DNA of 64,000 nucleotides from contig CM022670.1 in NCBI GenBank assembly GCA_012295275.1, forward strand, positions 3,224,001-3,288,000. Reading direction: 5' to 3'. The position numbers and the translations under genes were made by a program. The stretch comes from Chrysomallon squamiferum. Taxonomy: Eukaryota > Animalia > Mollusca. Shown here piece after piece: positions 1 to 29,687 of the stretch; within the stretch, counting starts at the first letter, position 1; each line of letters opens with the position of its first letter. The notes below the pieces were generated by a model, which did not search any database, was not told the DNA's origin, and saw nothing but the letters and a program-made list of their open reading frames with translations.

Positions 1-3
1 CCA

Positions 4-330
4 GTATAGTTGAGAATCCTTTATCCAAAATGCTTGGATTAGAGAAATTAGAATACGAAATCATCAACATGTACTATTAAAAACATGATTTGTTCTAATA
101 ACCAATAAAACAGGTTCAGCATCCCTTATCGGAAATGCTTCTGACAGAAAATATTTAAGATTAAGAAAATCAGATTTTGGAATATAAGGAGATACTGCCA
201 AGCCAGGATTTAATTTTAAACATAAGATCAAATTGTATTTCATTTACAGTCGCAGATAGTGAGCAGGACTTTTTAAATTTAATATTTTTAATAATTTTAT
301 GCATATGAAATAAAACATTTTTTGTGTACT
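4..330 (+). mobile_element. Degenerate Tigger4/MER46 (Zombi)-like Tc1/pogo DNA transposon remnant in a TAF1 intron
   Basis: Two related end-like motifs, atagttgagaatcctttatccaaaatgcttgga (6-38) and caggttcagcatcccttatcggaaatgctt (111-140), followed by aatattttttaataattttatgcatatgaaa. These resemble the MER46/Tigger4 consensus as I recall it; no database search was run. Confidence 0.5.
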
Positions 331-419
331 AAAAGAACTTCATTTTAATATAACAACTGATATCGTAATTCATGTATATGTTTGGAATTGTATAAATAAA
401 AGGGATATTATAAGCAAAC

Positions 420-16485
<16,066 letters not shown>

Positions 16486-17249
16486 CTTTGAAGCTCAGAG
16501 TATAGCCTAAATACAAAAAAAACAAAAACAATGCTTGATAAATACTTCAATCCGATTCTGAAAACAGAAATACAAAGAAAATAATAATTACTGTCTTATT
16601 TCTTTACATGAACATGTAACATTATGAAAAGATTGTAATAAAGGGACACTTCATTTTAGAGAAACCTTTTTAGTTTACAAGGAAGATAAAAAGTAAATCC
16701 AAAAGCCAAAAAATATTTCTATAAGTTTGCCATGAATTTAAAAAAAAAAAAAAATTGTGATGTATTTTTTTCTTTTGCACACATACACACCAACAAATTA
16801 TAATAATGTGTATTCAGATATAGCAGTTACATTAATGTCAGTTTAACTTTGTTTAAGTATGTGCACATGCAGTTATGATCATTAAAGCTTCAAATATTTA
16901 TAAATGTGAATTAATTTATTGTTATTTATTTTTATTTTAATAGTAAAATAAATTTAAAACAGTCCCGATACTAAAAAAACTAACAGTGACGTTATACTGA
17001 CACAGTGACAGAGACAAACATAAAATTGGGGGAATCCTACTGGTACTCTTTAATGTAATGATTATTTATTTTATGGTGATTTTCTTGTTACAGTTATATT
17101 TTTATATATTCCAACCAAAGCAAAATGGATAATGCCACTGTTAATGATCTATCAAAAATTGAATTTCTTGTCTAATTATTAGATGCCAACAAGACTGAGA
17201 CTTCAAATTTAAGTTTATAAATGTTAAATAATATTAAAAAATATAATAA

Positions 17250-17891
17250 TTATTTACCAACGAATCAGAAATGTGTTGCCATGTCTTTAAACAGAAACAT
17301 ATATTTATTATCAGCAGTTAAGTCAAGCAATCCAGACAAACAAAAATAGAAATAGCCATTAATCCATATCACAGCATCTTCCCTCCACCATTGACAAAAC
17401 TATGATGTTGTTTCCGCCTTTACTTCAAAGCACCGCGGTATCACGTTTGTCGAAACAGATATGTCAAAACAAAAACATCCACTGATCATTCCGTCTTATA
17501 AAAGTAAACGTAATTGTTACAAGCAAATTAAACCAACATGATTGGATAAACTGCAGCATACTTAGTGTGCCAATTTAATATTCTATTTTCTTTCTTCATT
17601 TTTTTTTTAATAAATTTAAGAAAAAAGTGATAATGATAATACATCAGTGTAAGAAAATTATTTTTCTTCTTCTTTTTAAAATTTAAAAAAAAGTAAATAA
17701 AAAAGAATCACTTTTGAACAAGTAATATACTAATTATACATACAACGCTGTATATTCACCAAAATATCAACGCCGCTTTAGAAAGTAATTAATGATCATG
17801 AGCAAGAAGTCAGATGTGCTTGCTTAACATAGTAAAAATGTTGATACAAGAAAAAACATCTAGAATGCGATTATGAAATAGTTAATGAGAG

Positions 17892-17947
<56 letters not shown>

Positions 17948-18727
17948 TAAATATGAATAACAGACGGATAAATAAAACGTCACACATATATACGCACACA
18001 AACGTTTGTATCATTGCATGTATGTAGGTATGTATGTGTGTGTTTGTCTGTATGTGTTCATTTTCAACAACATCAAGAACAACATCAACCTCGGCAACAA
18101 CAAGAAATAATAATTTGATGAAACGCATAGAAAAGTGTAAATGAATATTTAAGTGTCAGAGTCGATAATAAGTTACAGGAACATATTAAAACAGCAGCTA
18201 ACTTGATTTCCGAATTATATTGTTATTTTCATTAAATATTATTTTGGTTCTAAATAGAAATAATATAATAATAAATAAATAACTATAGAATGACCAAGTA
18301 AATTGACTTACAAATAAACGCACAACTGGCTGAATCAGCAGGCAGGGATTTCTTCCGTGTGGGGAATCCTTGGATTATGCCAAACTCATACCTGAAGGGA
18401 TGTTAGGTCTGTTAACTTTCTAAATGTTGAGTGTTATTCATATAAGGAGAATATATGTTTTATTTTATTATACTTTTCATTTACTACTACATGATTTTGA
18501 AATAAAATTATCATATGGTCGTAAGTTCAGATTATATTATTGAAATGATTATATTTTCTCCCCCTTTTGAAGTGAAAGCTTCTTGGTGTTTTCCCGACAT
18601 ACTAAGGTCAGTGTTAAACGACGTCACACATGTGACAAAATGGCGGTAGTTTTGGCATATTTGAGGAAACACGATAATAACATATTGTGATATATAGTTA
18701 AATCGATGGATTTGATCATCATACAAT
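17250..18727. promoter_or_regulatory. Bidirectional (head-to-head) TAF1/UBN promoter region
   Basis: The start codons diverge 2.24 kb apart and CpG density rises locally. YY1-type CAAAATGGCGG at 18636-18646, CRE-like GACGTCA at 18620-18626, and inverted repeat GTCACA-CA-TGTGAC at 18623-18636. The TAF1 ATG exon has an acceptor at 16507, so a non-coding upstream exon is implied; candidate minus-strand donors lie at 17257 and 18391. Confidence 0.7.
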
Positions 18728-20489
18728 ATGGCAGAAAGCAGGCGAATGGAGTTTACAACAATTACTCAAGGCGGCAAGAAAAAACAAAAAGAAATTCCAT
18801 TGACAACACATCGGTTTTGTCTGACATTGACTAGTACAACAGAAACAACATGTCCAGAGTTTTCCTTCACCGAATTAATGAAAAATGCTTTGGTAAGTCT
18901 TTTATTACTTGAAAATACCAACAATATTTCTAAACTGATATATCATTAATGTGTTCATACATTCAGCTTAATATTTAAGCCTTGCAACTGTTTTGTTTTG
19001 GGGGGATTCCACGTACCCCCTTTAATGCAAATGATAATATTGTCAAACAACTTTGACGAGTTGAGTATTGAAAACTAGCTAAAATGGCTGTACTGCAACT
19101 ACATGAAGAGATGGTCTCTCAGGTTGGCCACAAAACAGTCGGCAACAAAGCTGCGCCATTTTGAACCCCCAACCTGTCATAAGAAAAGTACTGGAAATTA
19201 TTTTCACTGAATTTTCATTTATTTGCCATATGTCGAAATTGCTGATTCATAAAAATTGTTCAACTTTTCTCTCAAGTTAACAAACGCACTTTTTAAAAAT
19301 TTGTTTGGAGGTGACGATTTTTAATCATACTGAAATGTTTGATAATAACATTGCTGTTTTGCCTTGCTCGTGATATTCATACAACAGTATTTACTGACTG
19401 CCATGTTGGATGGTTCGGCCTGACCCTAGGACATGCACAACTTGCCAAGTCGATCTTTATTTAGCAAGTGCTTAGATTTTGTTATTACTATACCCATAAG
19501 TTTTATGTTAGCTGAATGTACAACTGTTTTGTTATTTATATGGCCATTTTTGTACTCTTGCATTTTGAACATCACACAAATTTTGGTTGCATATTTAAGT
19601 GTATTTATATATTTATTAAAATTATAAATTATTAGTTATTATTTAGTGAAGCAATTAACCTAGTTTCAATAGACGGAAGCAAAGAAGGTATAATACCGTG
19701 GTTGTAGATGCGTGGTTACCATGTGTGCATAAGAAGTTGAGGTGAACGTTCTTCGAATACTTACGGATTTCGGGGTGGTGGTTTTCAATTAATTTTTTGA
19801 CATTTTATTGTTATATTGTCTGATATTTCAACTTGAATATAGATATGTATTGATTGATTGGTTCAGAATACGTCCGTATGTCGATATTGCAAAATAGGTT
19901 AGATTCTATTTATAGAACCGCTGTCACTTGTAATTGGTGGGTGCAGCAGTTGCTGCTCTGCGCTCTGTTCAGTAGCATCGATATGTGTGAGGGGGGTTTA
20001 TCGATGGGACAAAATATCTGCATTGATGTTCTATTGATTTTATTGATTAGGTATTGACAGGTTTAGCTCAGAGAGGTCAAAGGTCACGTGTTACGCACGG
20101 CTCCGCGTTTTCTCAGAGGCGGTTAGTATAGACTATAGTTGGCCGTTGATACTTTGTGCTTTGTATGTGCGTATAGGAAATCTGTTGTTCAGCTGCGGCG
20201 AGGTTATTGTTGCGCGTACAGACGACGTCGTGGACATGTGCATGCGCGCATACGCGTTGTGTGCGCGCACGCACGTGCATGATTTAAATTTAATAAAATG
20301 AATATATTTAAGAGTATAAAGCTCAGCTATGGTTCATATGTACAATTTTGACAACAAAAATATAAATTCATGCGTTATATTAATGTATATACATATTTGG
20401 GCCTAAATAGGTTTTTAAAATGTAAAATAAACGCATTCACTCTCTTGGTTTTATTATTACTGCGTTATTGGGCATGAATGGTATTTGTC

Positions 20490-20523
<34 letters not shown>

Positions 20524-20695
20524 TTATTATTATTATTATTATTATTATAATATAATTTACCTTCCGTTATTTGCAAGAATGTGGACAAAAAAAAAAAGGA
20601 AAGAGAAAGAAAACAAAGAAAAATACTTAAATATATTTTTAATTTTTTGTTTTTAATTTTTTTTATAAAACACAGGTTACTGTGTATTGTATAAA

Positions 20696-20783
<88 letters not shown>

Positions 20784-21492
20784 TGCTGTATCTTTAATCA
20801 TTTATTCTTTTAACTATGAATTATACAAGTGTGTGTATGTGGTTTGCATTACTAATAATATTACTAAATAGTAAATAATTAGGCTCACACTGTCATTATT
20901 ACATGAATATGCAAGGTTGGAACATTTATTTAAACAGGTTTAAATGAAACTATGCATTACATTAATGTCATTTATTTATGATTTAAAAAAATCATTCTGA
21001 ACTAATGTTTTAAATTATTTATTAAATTAATTTTATGTTATTGTTTGTTATGTTGTCTTTGGTTTTTAATGGGGGGGTTGTTGGTTTATTTATATATAAG
21101 AAAAATAATATATAGAATAAATTACATCAGTATTGCACATATATATGTATGTGTGCATGTGTATATACATATTTGAATGTATATATGCATGTAAGCCATA
21201 TGTATGTAACTACATATATTAATGTACATATGTGACTGCATATTTTTATAAATGTGTGATTTATAACAGTTTTAGTTACATGTTCTGTGCTAACTCAGTA
21301 GGTATTGAAGAAATCTGAAATTCAGTTAATATTGTAGTTGCAAGGCCAAGCTGAGATCATTTATACGTTGTTTTTAAATAAATTGAAATAAAATTAAAGA
21401 AAATGTTATGTAATAATATGTGTATATAACAAATTAACACACAAAATAGTAAATAAATTGATAATTCTGAATAGTAGTATTTTGTTTGTTAC

Positions 21493-21523
<31 letters not shown>

Positions 21524-21702
21524 TTTGTTTTTAATATCTTTCTCTGTGTGAAATATATAAGTTTTATTCAGTTGTACAATAATAAAGTCACATCAACGCA
21601 GTAGTTTATGAATGGAGTCTAATATTCTTCTGACATTCTGTTTTCTAATACACGTATTATACGTTCTGTATGGACCACAACTATGTCAGCTGACCATGAA
21701 TG

Positions 21703-21785
<83 letters not shown>

Positions 21786-23117
21786 AGATATTTGATATAT
21801 ATATATATATATATTTATATATTTACAAATTTTTTGCAGATTATCAGTTTATTTTAAATGTTTTAAACTAACTTCATATTTGGGATTAAAGTAGTTCAGC
21901 ATTTATGAATGTAAATGTATACTGATTTCTGCATATATATATTCTCTTTGTACTAATAAAATAAATAAATCCATTTGACGAAATTGTCACACAAATTACA
22001 TTTATGTAAAAATTAATGATACACATCTGTATATTTCTGAAGTAATAACTCTATTTCAGTGTCAGGTATTCATACATTACTAGCTAGTTTTCAGTGTGTG
22101 ATAAAAATCTGCTACACTACAAATAAATGGTCACATTTAGGTCACACACACACACACACAATATTAGCGATAGTTAGATTTAGCAAAATCCATACTAGTG
22201 AAATACAAACTAAGAATATTAAACCATTCTAATACACATGTACTTTTTAAATTTTCTGTTCGAAACAGACCTGGGCTTATTTTGTCGTTATTATAAGGCA
22301 CACTGTCATCTACAAACATCTATTTAAAAAAAAAAAAAAAAAAAAAAATTGTTATTTCAATTACAAATTAAGATATAACTGATTTTGACATTATTTTAAC
22401 TTCTTTAAGGCACACTATTTTCAGTTCTGTTGCAAACAAACCTTAATATATTTTGACGTTATTTCACTACCAAACAAAACCTTGACTGATTTTCACTTGT
22501 TTATAAGACACACTGTTTTCATTTACTAACAGAAACCTTGGCACTGTTGGGTTTTTTTTTTGTTTGTTTGTTTGTTTGTTTCCTATGCATCCTATTGTTT
22601 GTTTATATTTATGCTTTTGAAAATATTTAATGATGTTTTTAATACAAAATAACATTGATGTTTATGTGCCATGTAGATATAAATATATGAATATTAATCA
22701 TGAGCAAGTAACTTAATCATGTTAATGGTTTTTTTTTTTTATGTGCCTTGCTAAATTAGTTAATATTTTATTATGGTAATATCTACTAATGCATGTAGTG
22801 ATAATGTACTGTGTTTGAGAATATCAGTAAACCAGAAAGAAAGATTGCCTGTTTAGATATGATCTAACTTAGAACTGTGGAAATGTAGCCTACTATAAAG
22901 AAATATTTCATATATTATTTCATGTGTGTGTGTTAACTGTAAAAAACATGGTGTTAATACGATATATAATAAAATTTCTAATATGTTTAAAACTATAAAT
23001 TAAATTTACATATATGCAGATTTACAAAGGATGTTTCAAACACACACACACACATACACACACAGACATACACACCAACACTACTGCTATTACTACTACT
23101 ACTACTACTACTACTAC

Positions 23118-23167
<50 letters not shown>

Positions 23168-25485
23168 TACATCTGTTAATATGCAGCTGCTGTTACAGCT
23201 ATCTTTAAATTTTGGAGTTCCATGTACTTTAATCTTTAGTTACTAAATCTTCAAAGCTGAACAATGTCACAGTGTATTATGATGATATGTATGGGATAGT
23301 GTAGAGTGCTGGATTTGAACTGTGTACCAATGATATAAGAAGACACAAGACATTACTGGACTTGTAAGATCTGTGTAAATATGATACCTGGTTTGCTGAA
23401 CAGTGAAACCAGTTTTCCTGTCAGATTTGTAGTATATTACTCAGCTGAATGTCAAAAAGATGTGATATGTGTCAGAAAAAAACATTTAATTATATTTTAT
23501 AATAATGGTAATAATAATTGTATACTTAAATGCTGATAATGATAAGTATGCACATTCCTACTGTTCATATTATAATTATATACAATAATACATATACAAA
23601 CATGCATATTAACCTAGTATGTTTATCTAAATATGTGCATAGTGTGTATGTGTGCTTGTCAATCTGTGTCTTATTTAACAGTTCAGTTAAATATAAAAAA
23701 TGCATGGTGTGGTATCATATGTTGTGTGTTTGTGTTTGAGGGTGTGGATGGGTGTTTTATAAGCAAATGCATATGGACATATATGTATGTGAGTGAGTGA
23801 GTATGAGTTTATACAATATGCACAGCAGGATATGATTGTGTATGTGTGTCTGTGGAAGAGAGACCCTCCACAATTCAGTGGGCCACCTTTAACAATTAGT
23901 CATATGGTACTGTGTGCTATATATATCTTAGGAATTTGTTACGTAAGTGTTTGAAAGAGACATGTAACATGACATGCCTTACTTGAATAAACCACTGAAC
24001 AAAAAACAAATACTGGTGATACACAACATTTGTCAAATACGATGATATATTATAATGTCATTGTTGTTTATTTTTTTATTATTTAATATTGTTGTTTTGT
24101 TGTTTTTTTTTTTTTTTTTTTCATTTTATTTTATTTTATTTTATTTTTGTTAATTTTTTAGAATTATTTTTATTATTATTATTATTTTATTTTTTATATA
24201 TAATATTGCCATTGCCTTTATTGCTTTTATTACTTATAAATCTATGTTTATGTTGGTATTTCAGAACTGGATTAACTTTGTTAATTTTACTTTTTTCAGA
24301 AGAAACAGATTGAAGAAGGACAGATCAAACCTGATGACCCTTTTGACAATCAAGATGTTGCAGAGCAAAAAAAGTTGGAAGCCATTGCAAAAGCATTCGA
24401 AGAAAAATATGTAAATATGTTTTCATTCAGTTCTGTTAGTATTAGCAGTAAAGGATTAGTTATTTGCACAATCCCATAGATCGGAAAACAAACAATAGCC
24501 GTTGAGTGTGGAATGGAAAACAGCCTAATGGGTTCCCAAGAATTGATCCTGTCATTCGTGTCATCCCAGGCCAGCATTTTAACCTTTAGATACTGTCTGC
24601 ATCTTAGTGCCTTTCACTGTGGATGATAACCATATAAGAGAATGCATCATATCCTCAAATAAATTTGAGATCTGTTTACAAATAACCTTCCAAATGGAAC
24701 AACACTAATGAACAGACTCTATGTATAATATCTTGCATTAAGAACACTGATTTGTCCAGTTTGTCTCGAAATAACAGATTAATAATAAAAAAAGATTTTT
24801 CTGATTTTCTCATGTAGAAGCAATGCCTTGATGGCCATCATTTTGATAAATTAATATCTGTTCCTCATCTAAGTTAATCTACATTTGTCTGAAAACATCT
24901 GGTTTTAACTGTTATCCAGAGGCAGTATTTGGTTTTATTATCCCTAGACAATATATAATAATAAACTCTAGCTTCGGTGATGTATAGTGAAAACATTTTA
25001 ATACTGTTGTTCATTTTCATAATTATTTTAGTAGTTTTATGCATTTTTTTTTCTAAATAGTCTAATTTAATAAATCTTTAACTTTTTTATGAAATGTTCT
25101 ATATTTTCTAAAATAATAAATAAATAAAAATAATAATAATAGTAATAGTAATAATACAAAAGATTAAAAAAAAAAAAAAAATTGTTCTTGTCAATAATTA
25201 ATTACTTGTTGACTTCATAAACTTTTCAGTTACCAAAGAAATGAATACTTAAATTTTTAGATAATCCACATTTGAGATATATATATATTTTTTTTTTTTT
25301 TTCCTATTCAGGCCCCCAGATTGAAGTCAAAAGGAGGTTGTGACCGATTGAGTGACCTTGTTGACATTGGTGATGGATACGATGAAACTGATAACTTTAT
25401 TGATAACTCAGAAGCTGTTAGTAAATTTATATTTATCATAATGATTTGCATATTTTAATATCTCCCTTTCTCCCTTAGTTTTTTT

Positions 25486-25554
<69 letters not shown>

Positions 25555-26444
25555 TACACATACAAACATATATACATACATAGATGTGTGTGTGTGTGTG
25601 TCTATATATATATTTATATAGTTTTCTGCCTACATACATATATATCTACAGAGCTACTTAACTATATACCTACCTACCTACACACATGCATACATACATA
25701 CACAAACACTAACGCTCATTATACATAACATGTATTTTATCAGAGTATATTATCCAATATTTATAACTAAAAAAATAAAAAAGAATTACATTATGAATTA
25801 TCCTAAAATCAGTGTTAATTGTTTTATTACAGTATGATGAGTTGATTCCTGCCTGCATGACGACAAAACTGGGAGGTTTCTACATAAACTCAGGACATCT
25901 TGACTTCAAGTACATTTCTGACGATTCTTCTGAAGAATTCCAAGTCAACAACAGCATCAAGAAAAGAAAAGTTAATGTGAGCATTTTTTATTTAAGTTCT
26001 CTTCAATTAATTTACTGTAAAAAAATACAAACCTTTATTATTTCCTCTTTTGTTTGTTTTTTAATATGAAGAAACTAACATAGTTTTAATGAAATTTTCT
26101 TTCTTTCTTTCTTTAATTGTAATAAATTGAATACGTTTTTTTCTTTCTAATTTGATTTAAGTCTCTTTTATTACTGTTTAATAAAGTCACAGAGTGAGAT
26201 TTCTGTTTGATATTTTGTTTACGTATTAAAATGTCAGCATGGGCTTTTTTTGTGATTTCAGTTTATTGAAAACCACACACTATATGCATCATTAGCAGTA
26301 ACAGCAACACTTGAAGCAACATTTGTGTTTCTTATATGATATATGATGTTGAATAATTATTAATAATTCAGGCATTGTTATATAGATGTTTTGTTTGGGT
26401 TTTTTTAAATTCTGGAGGCAATGCTTATAAATTTATTAGCAGGA

Positions 26445-26476
<32 letters not shown>

Positions 26477-26518
26477 CCTTTTATTCTTTTTATTTAAGAG
26501 TTTATTATTGTTATTTTA

Positions 26519-26592
<74 letters not shown>

Positions 26593-28796
26593 TTATTATT
26601 AATATTATTATTTGTAAGCACTTGGTTGTTATGGAAACTAAATATTATTTTCTATATAAATTTTCAGAGAATTGATTCAGATTCTGAATCAGAAGAAGAA
26701 CAGCCAAAGAAAGGACCACAGGTTAGTTGTTAGAGTGTGTGTGTGTGTGCACGTGCGTGCAAACACATGCCATAGACATTTTTCTCCTTTTTTATGTATT
26801 CATTTGTTTATATCTTACAAAGAAATCTAAAATATGCATGATAAATTGCTATTATTTGGACTTGTACTCTTTTAATTTTTCTAAATTTATATTATTTATT
26901 ATTTTACTTTATTTATTTTATTTTATTTTATTTTATTTTATTTTTATTTTTGATAATAATGAAACTCATTTAAAAATTAATACACTATTAATTTAATCAC
27001 CAGGGATGTTTTTAGAAAAGTATCTGAAGACACTGACATTAATCAAAACTATAATATATATCATATATCTAAAATTAAACTAATGTCTATAACAGTTATT
27101 TTTATTTTCATTCTTTACTTAAATTCAGAGGTTATTACTTTCTAAATATATTGTTCACACATTTAGTATTAAAAAACATAATTTGAATTTTATGTTTTAA
27201 GAAAAAGAAGTTTAAAGATGATGTGGATATAGAACACAAAAAGAAAAAGAAACTAGGTCCTGATGGAGAACGGGTCAAGGTCAAGCGAGGTCGAAAGCCA
27301 ACAGACGACAAACTTAAAAAGTAAATTTATGATACATTTTTCAGTTATTCTGCAAAACTTTAATATTATTTTTACCCAATACTTATTCACAATAATCTCG
27401 TGAGAGTATTATTATTTACTTACACTGGTGTGGTTTTTTTTTTTATTCATATTGTCATTTTCGTTTTTTTTTAAGTCAAATATTTCAAGTAAGTATTCTT
27501 ATTTTTGGTGCCTGCTTTAACAGTCTGGTGTAATTACCATCATTATTTCTTCTTCCTCTCCTTCTTATCATCATCATTTTATTTTTATTAATATTAATAT
27601 TTGTATAATTTATTTATTTATTTTTATTTTTTTTTTAATATTTTTTATGATTTTTTAGAAAAAAGAATTCACCAACTGTTGCTGAACTTCTGAAGCAACA
27701 AACAGCATCTACCTCAACAACCAGTCACATCGTCAATGGGTCAGGCGATGATGTCGAGAATGATGTCAAGCCGCTGGAGAAGTCGTCAATAGAAAGCACG
27801 ATTGAAGCTGTCCTCAGCGAAGTGGTGGGAGATGATTCCGGAAGTCGAGATGGCACGGACAAAAAGTCGTCTGCACCAGAAGCCATCACTCCATTACCTG
27901 CCGATCTGCCTGCCAGCCTTGTAGACATAATAGAGCAGATAAAACAGGTACAGCCATTTTTAAACACAGCTTCAGTGAGGTTCAGTTATTCTTTCACAGG
28001 AAATCTTTTGTGATTTTGGAACATAAGGACAGAATATAGCCTAAGAATAGGATCTAAGTCTGAACACAAAATCTGTTTATATATATATATTTACCATTAC
28101 CTATGTGGTTTCAGAATGAGCTATGTCTGTGTTAAGGCATGTTAATGAAACAGAAAGAAGAATATAAGATTTTAAAATTAGGTCTTGTTGTGTCTAGTGA
28201 AAATTACATAAATCTTGCTGTCATTGAAAGGCATTGAAATATAATGGAATAACAAATTTTTATTTCATTAACTAAGAGTAAAACATGATAAAAGTTGTGT
28301 ACTTCATTAATATAATTTGCAATTTCTAAACTAGATATTACAGAGAATAATTATGCACTGTCCCAAAACCGTCACTGAAATTGTATATCTCCATGTGAAT
28401 TAAAAGTCCATAATCAATATAATATGACTGGTATAAAATGGATTAGATATTATTTGTTTAATAAATTTTATAACTCTCTTTAATGAATTTAAAATAGATA
28501 CCAAACTTTGGTCTTTTTCTGACCTTATTTAATTTAATTTAATTTAATTTTTTTATATTTCAGGCAGCTCGAGAATCAAGGGAAGGAAAGTGCAAGTTTT
28601 TTTCAGAGAGTGTTAACAAGATGTTACTAGAGTAAGCAATAATTAACTGTTGAACAGAAACCACGAAATTATAAAAAAATAATAATTAAAAAATCTAAAT
28701 TAAAATATAAGTACTATACAAGAATAGTCTCCACAAAATTTTCAGTGCCAATTTTAGCATTAATTTCATTCAAACTCCAGACTAAAAAATTTTTTT

Positions 28797-28868
<72 letters not shown>

Positions 28869-29648
28869 GCTACTATTATTGTTTGTTTAATTATACTACA
28901 AAAGTAGAGTGTATGTTTATTTTTATTGTTTATTACAGTATTGAAATTGGTTCACGTCAGATGGCTTTTGGTCATCGAACAACAATCTATACTCACCTGT
29001 CCTCCTACCTGCCCTGTAGTAAAGAGACATTAATTAAACGTGCCAAAAACCTCCGTCTAGGACAACAAGACAACCAGCTCAGGAAACCATTAAGAAAATT
29101 AAAAGAAGGTAACATATTTATAGAAAAAAATACATATGTGTATGAGGGTTTGCATGGTGGTGTGTTTTTGTGTTTGCATATATAACTGTGTTTTAAGTTG
29201 AAAACTATGTAGATAAGTCAATTTATTTACTAGTGAGACATCTGTAAATGTGTATATGTTAAAATAAAATAAAATATAATGTAGAAATAATATTATTTAT
29301 ACACTTATAGATTTTGGTTTTTTATTTTTATTATTTATTATATTATTTAATTTTTATTTTAACCTATTATGATTTTTTTTTTATATTGTTTTTAGAATAC
29401 AGTGTACAAATTTATGTGGGAGAAAATAAAATTGGTTTCATTTTAATGGTGTATTTGTATATGTTGGTTAATACATAGACATTTTTTATTTTGTATTTCT
29501 CTTTTTGTAATTATGTTTTTTTTGTTGTTTTTGTTTCCTTCTGTTCTCTCTTTTATCTTTTATTTTGTATTTATACATACATATATACATACATATATTT
29601 ATATATATCTATGTATGTATATATGTATGTATAAATAAAAAAGGTATG

Positions 29649-29687
<39 letters not shown>

